Shown: positions 25,756 to 27,528 of the stretch, piece after piece
How positions within the stretch are numbered: position 1 is the stretch's first letter
How the letters are laid out: every line of letters begins with the position of its first letter
Virus record (IMG/VR): IMGVR_UViG_3300030372_001675
Coordinates: 1-27,528 of that record
Direction: 5' to 3' (one strand)
Source: a virus
Taxonomy: Duplodnaviria; Caudoviricetes
DNA length: 27,528 nt
Program-made: the position numbers and the translations under genes
Notes under the pieces: generated by a model
What the model saw: only the letters and a program-made list of their open reading frames with translations
What the model was told of the DNA's origin: nothing
Databases searched by the model: none

Positions 25756-26252
25756 ATAAATACTTAATAGAAAACTACAACAAACTAAAAGATGTATCTT
25801 ATAACATCACAAATGGTGATGGTGATGATTTGCTTAGTTTTGTAATTGAAGAACTTTACAAATGCGACCAAGAAAGAATCAAAGAAATAATTGAAACTAA
25901 TAAAATGACTTTTTATGTCATTAGAATAATGCTTAATCAATACCACTCAAAGACAAGCCGATACTATTACAAGTACGATAAATATTATGAGTTTCACACC
26001 ACATCAACAATAGAAGCTATTACACCAGATATTATTGATTATACTATACAAGACAAGATATTACTAGAAGAAAGATTAGAATGGGTAGAAGATAAATTAC
26101 AGGATTGCTATTGGTTTGATGCACAATGTTTTAAAATTTATTATCATGAAGAACACTCATTAAATAGCATGGCTAAAGCAACTAAGATAAATAGAAACAC
26201 ATTATTTAAAGCAATTAATAATGTAAAGAAGTTTTTAATTAAAGAAAAGTAA
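25749..26252 (+). CDS. sigma-70/ECF-like transcription factor
   Basis: Region-2-like DDLLSFVIEEL...FYVIRIMLNQY; region-4 HTH SLNSMAKATKINRNTLFKAINNVKKFL. Confidence 0.7.
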   Translation: MLNKYLIENYNKLKDVSYNITNGDGDDLLSFVIEELYKCDQERIKEIIETNKMTFYVIRIMLNQYHSKTSRYYYKYDKYYEFHTTSTIEAITPDIIDYTIQDKILLEERLEWVEDKLQDCYWFDAQCFKIYYHEEHSLNSMAKATKINRNTLFKAINNVKKFLIKEK

Positions 26253-26253
26253 T

Positions 26254-26349
26254 ATGTTTAATGACCAAGAACAAGAAAAAATAGCAAACGTAATAGTCAC
26301 ATTGACTGTTATATTATTATTAACATTTTTAGCATTTGCAGTATCATGA
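26254..26349 (+). CDS. small single-TM protein (31 aa)
   Basis: MFNDQEQEKIANVIVTLTVILLLTFLAFAVS; fills the gap and has an ATGA overlap with the next gene. Confidence 0.5.
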   Translation: MFNDQEQEKIANVIVTLTVILLLTFLAFAVS

Positions 26350-26585
26350 AAAAAACCAGAATAATAAGGGCATTAAAAAATTGTAAAAGCACAGACTTTA
26401 AAACCGATAGTGTTTTATCTTTTAAAGATGAAAAGGGAAAAGAATACTTTTTAGCCGAGCAACCTCATTATATGAATATAATTACAAACTCAATTAATGT
26501 TATGTTGCAAAGAACTTTCAATATAATAGATGATGTTAAATTAAAAGATAAAATTTTAAAAGGTTTAAACGATGACAAAAAGTAA
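26346..26585 (+). CDS. hypothetical protein
   Basis: 79-aa ORF in operon context. Confidence 0.6.
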   Translation: MKKTRIIRALKNCKSTDFKTDSVLSFKDEKGKEYFLAEQPHYMNIITNSINVMLQRTFNIIDDVKLKDKILKGLNDDKK

Positions 26586-26946
26586 AGGATTAGGAGATTC
26601 AATAGAAAAGGTATTGAAAAAAACAGGCATTGATAAGGTGGCTAAAAAAGTTCTTGGTGATGATTGTGGTTGTGAAGAACGCAAACAAGTGTTAAATAAA
26701 CTATTTCCATACGCTAGACCTTTTACAAAAGATGAGTTGTCTATATATGAATCTGTAATGCCCAGAATAAAAGATGGTCGTATTAATGGGCGTGACCAAG
26801 ATATATTAGTAAAGCTATATAATAAAGTATTTAATGCTAATAAAAAAGCATCTAGTTGTGGTTCATGTGTACAACAAACACTTGCAAAACTAGCTAAGGT
26901 ATATGTTAATAGTTGTAAAGTAAATAATGATGAATCAGATATTTAG
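26572..26946 (+). CDS. hypothetical Cys-motif protein
   Basis: SKGLGDSIEK...TGI, DCGC and CGSC motifs suggest metal binding. Confidence 0.7.
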   Translation: MTKSKGLGDSIEKVLKKTGIDKVAKKVLGDDCGCEERKQVLNKLFPYARPFTKDELSIYESVMPRIKDGRINGRDQDILVKLYNKVFNANKKASSCGSCVQQTLAKLAKVYVNSCKVNNDESDI

Positions 26947-27079
26947 ATTTTGCTTAAGATGTGTAAGAGTGTCATTAATAGAAGATGGCTGTTGTAGTTT
27001 CTGTAATACTGATATGATTATAAAAGGAGAAAATGATAAACTAAAAAAAAGAGAAAAAGAAAATGCAGCACCATACTAA
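26927..27079 (+). CDS. small zinc-ribbon-like protein (50 aa)
   Basis: MMNQIFRFCLRCVRVSLIEDGCCSFCNTDM...; two CxxC motifs; fills the gap before the HNH gene. Confidence 0.55.
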   Translation: MMNQIFRFCLRCVRVSLIEDGCCSFCNTDMIIKGENDKLKKREKENAAPY

Positions 27080-27368
27080 AGTGTATTTCAACTTTTTTAA
27101 TTATGCAGAAGGTGATACTATTGCGTGTGAAATGTGCAATTTTCCTGCTGTTGATATACACCACCTAGAAAGAAGAAATAAAACCAAGAATGATTTTATT
27201 GAAAACCTTATTGGAGTTTGTAGAGATTGTCACATAAAAGCTGAAAGTGATAGCTGCTTTAATATGTATTGCAGAATAAAACACCTAGAAAATGTATGCG
27301 TTCAAGTTTACGCATTAATAGAATTAAATAAAAGATTAGATGAAAATAGAAAAAATACAAATAAATAA
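27063..27368 (+). CDS. HNH endonuclease
   Basis: CEMC...DIHH...ENLIGVCRDCH. Confidence 0.8.
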   Translation: MQHHTKVYFNFFNYAEGDTIACEMCNFPAVDIHHLERRNKTKNDFIENLIGVCRDCHIKAESDSCFNMYCRIKHLENVCVQVYALIELNKRLDENRKNTNK

Positions 27369-27528
27369 ATTAAAACCTGCTACTTATAATCCTAGACAGA
27401 TTAGCACAAAGCAATATAAAGACCTAAAGTCATCAGTTGAAAAGTTTGGTCTTGTTGACCCTATCATTACTAATAAAGATTTCACAATAATAGGTGGTCA
27501 TCAAAGATATAAAATATGCAAGGAATTA
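27340..27528 (+). CDS. N-terminal part of ParB/Srx-like protein (continues at position 3)
   Basis: MKIEKIQINKLKPATYNPRQISTKQYKDLKSSVEKFGLVDPIITNKDFTIIGGHQRYKICKEL. Confidence 0.85.
   Translation, partial: MKIEKIQINKLKPATYNPRQISTKQYKDLKSSVEKFGLVDPIITNKDFTIIGGHQRYKICKEL
27503..27528. repeat. 26-nt terminal overlap identical to 1-26
   Basis: Exact match to the window start. Confidence 0.95.

Noticed and set aside
1-27528. CRISPR array, diversity-generating retroelement, introns/inteins, stop-codon reassignment
   Set aside because: I saw no repeat-spacer array, reverse transcriptase or interrupted core gene, and the standard code gives dense contiguous ORFs.

Overview
The window looks like a complete, circular ~27.5-kb genome of a small AT-rich tailed dsDNA phage, probably siphovirus-like. 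Bases 1-26 are identical to 27503-27528, and a ParB-like ORF reads in frame across that junction. A Bacteroidota host is inferred from TAnnTTTG promoters, little sign of Shine-Dalgarno sites, signal peptides followed by Gln, and DUF3127-like and DUF4373-like genes. Gene order: ParB-like / Mom-like DNA-modification enzyme / tRNA-like RNA, TerS, TerL, frameshifted tail chaperone, tail and neck genes, tape measure, protease, scaffold, capsid, tail tube, portal fusion, adaptor, a lysis region with a beta-barrel and a thioredoxin-like secreted protein, then early genes (HTH proteins, SSB, initiator with iterons, VRR-NUC, sigma-like factor, HNH). I recognised no integrase, polymerase or helicase. 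The standout is a tRNA-Gly-like gene (1075-1146) that overlaps the stop codon of the Mom-family gene. It keeps the bacterial GlyRS identity elements but has lost features needed for translation (A33, anticodon ACC, a C32-G38 pair, a bulged T-stem). This suggests a dedicated glycyl-donor RNA for DNA adenine hypermodification. All family calls come from motif recognition by eye, not database searches.
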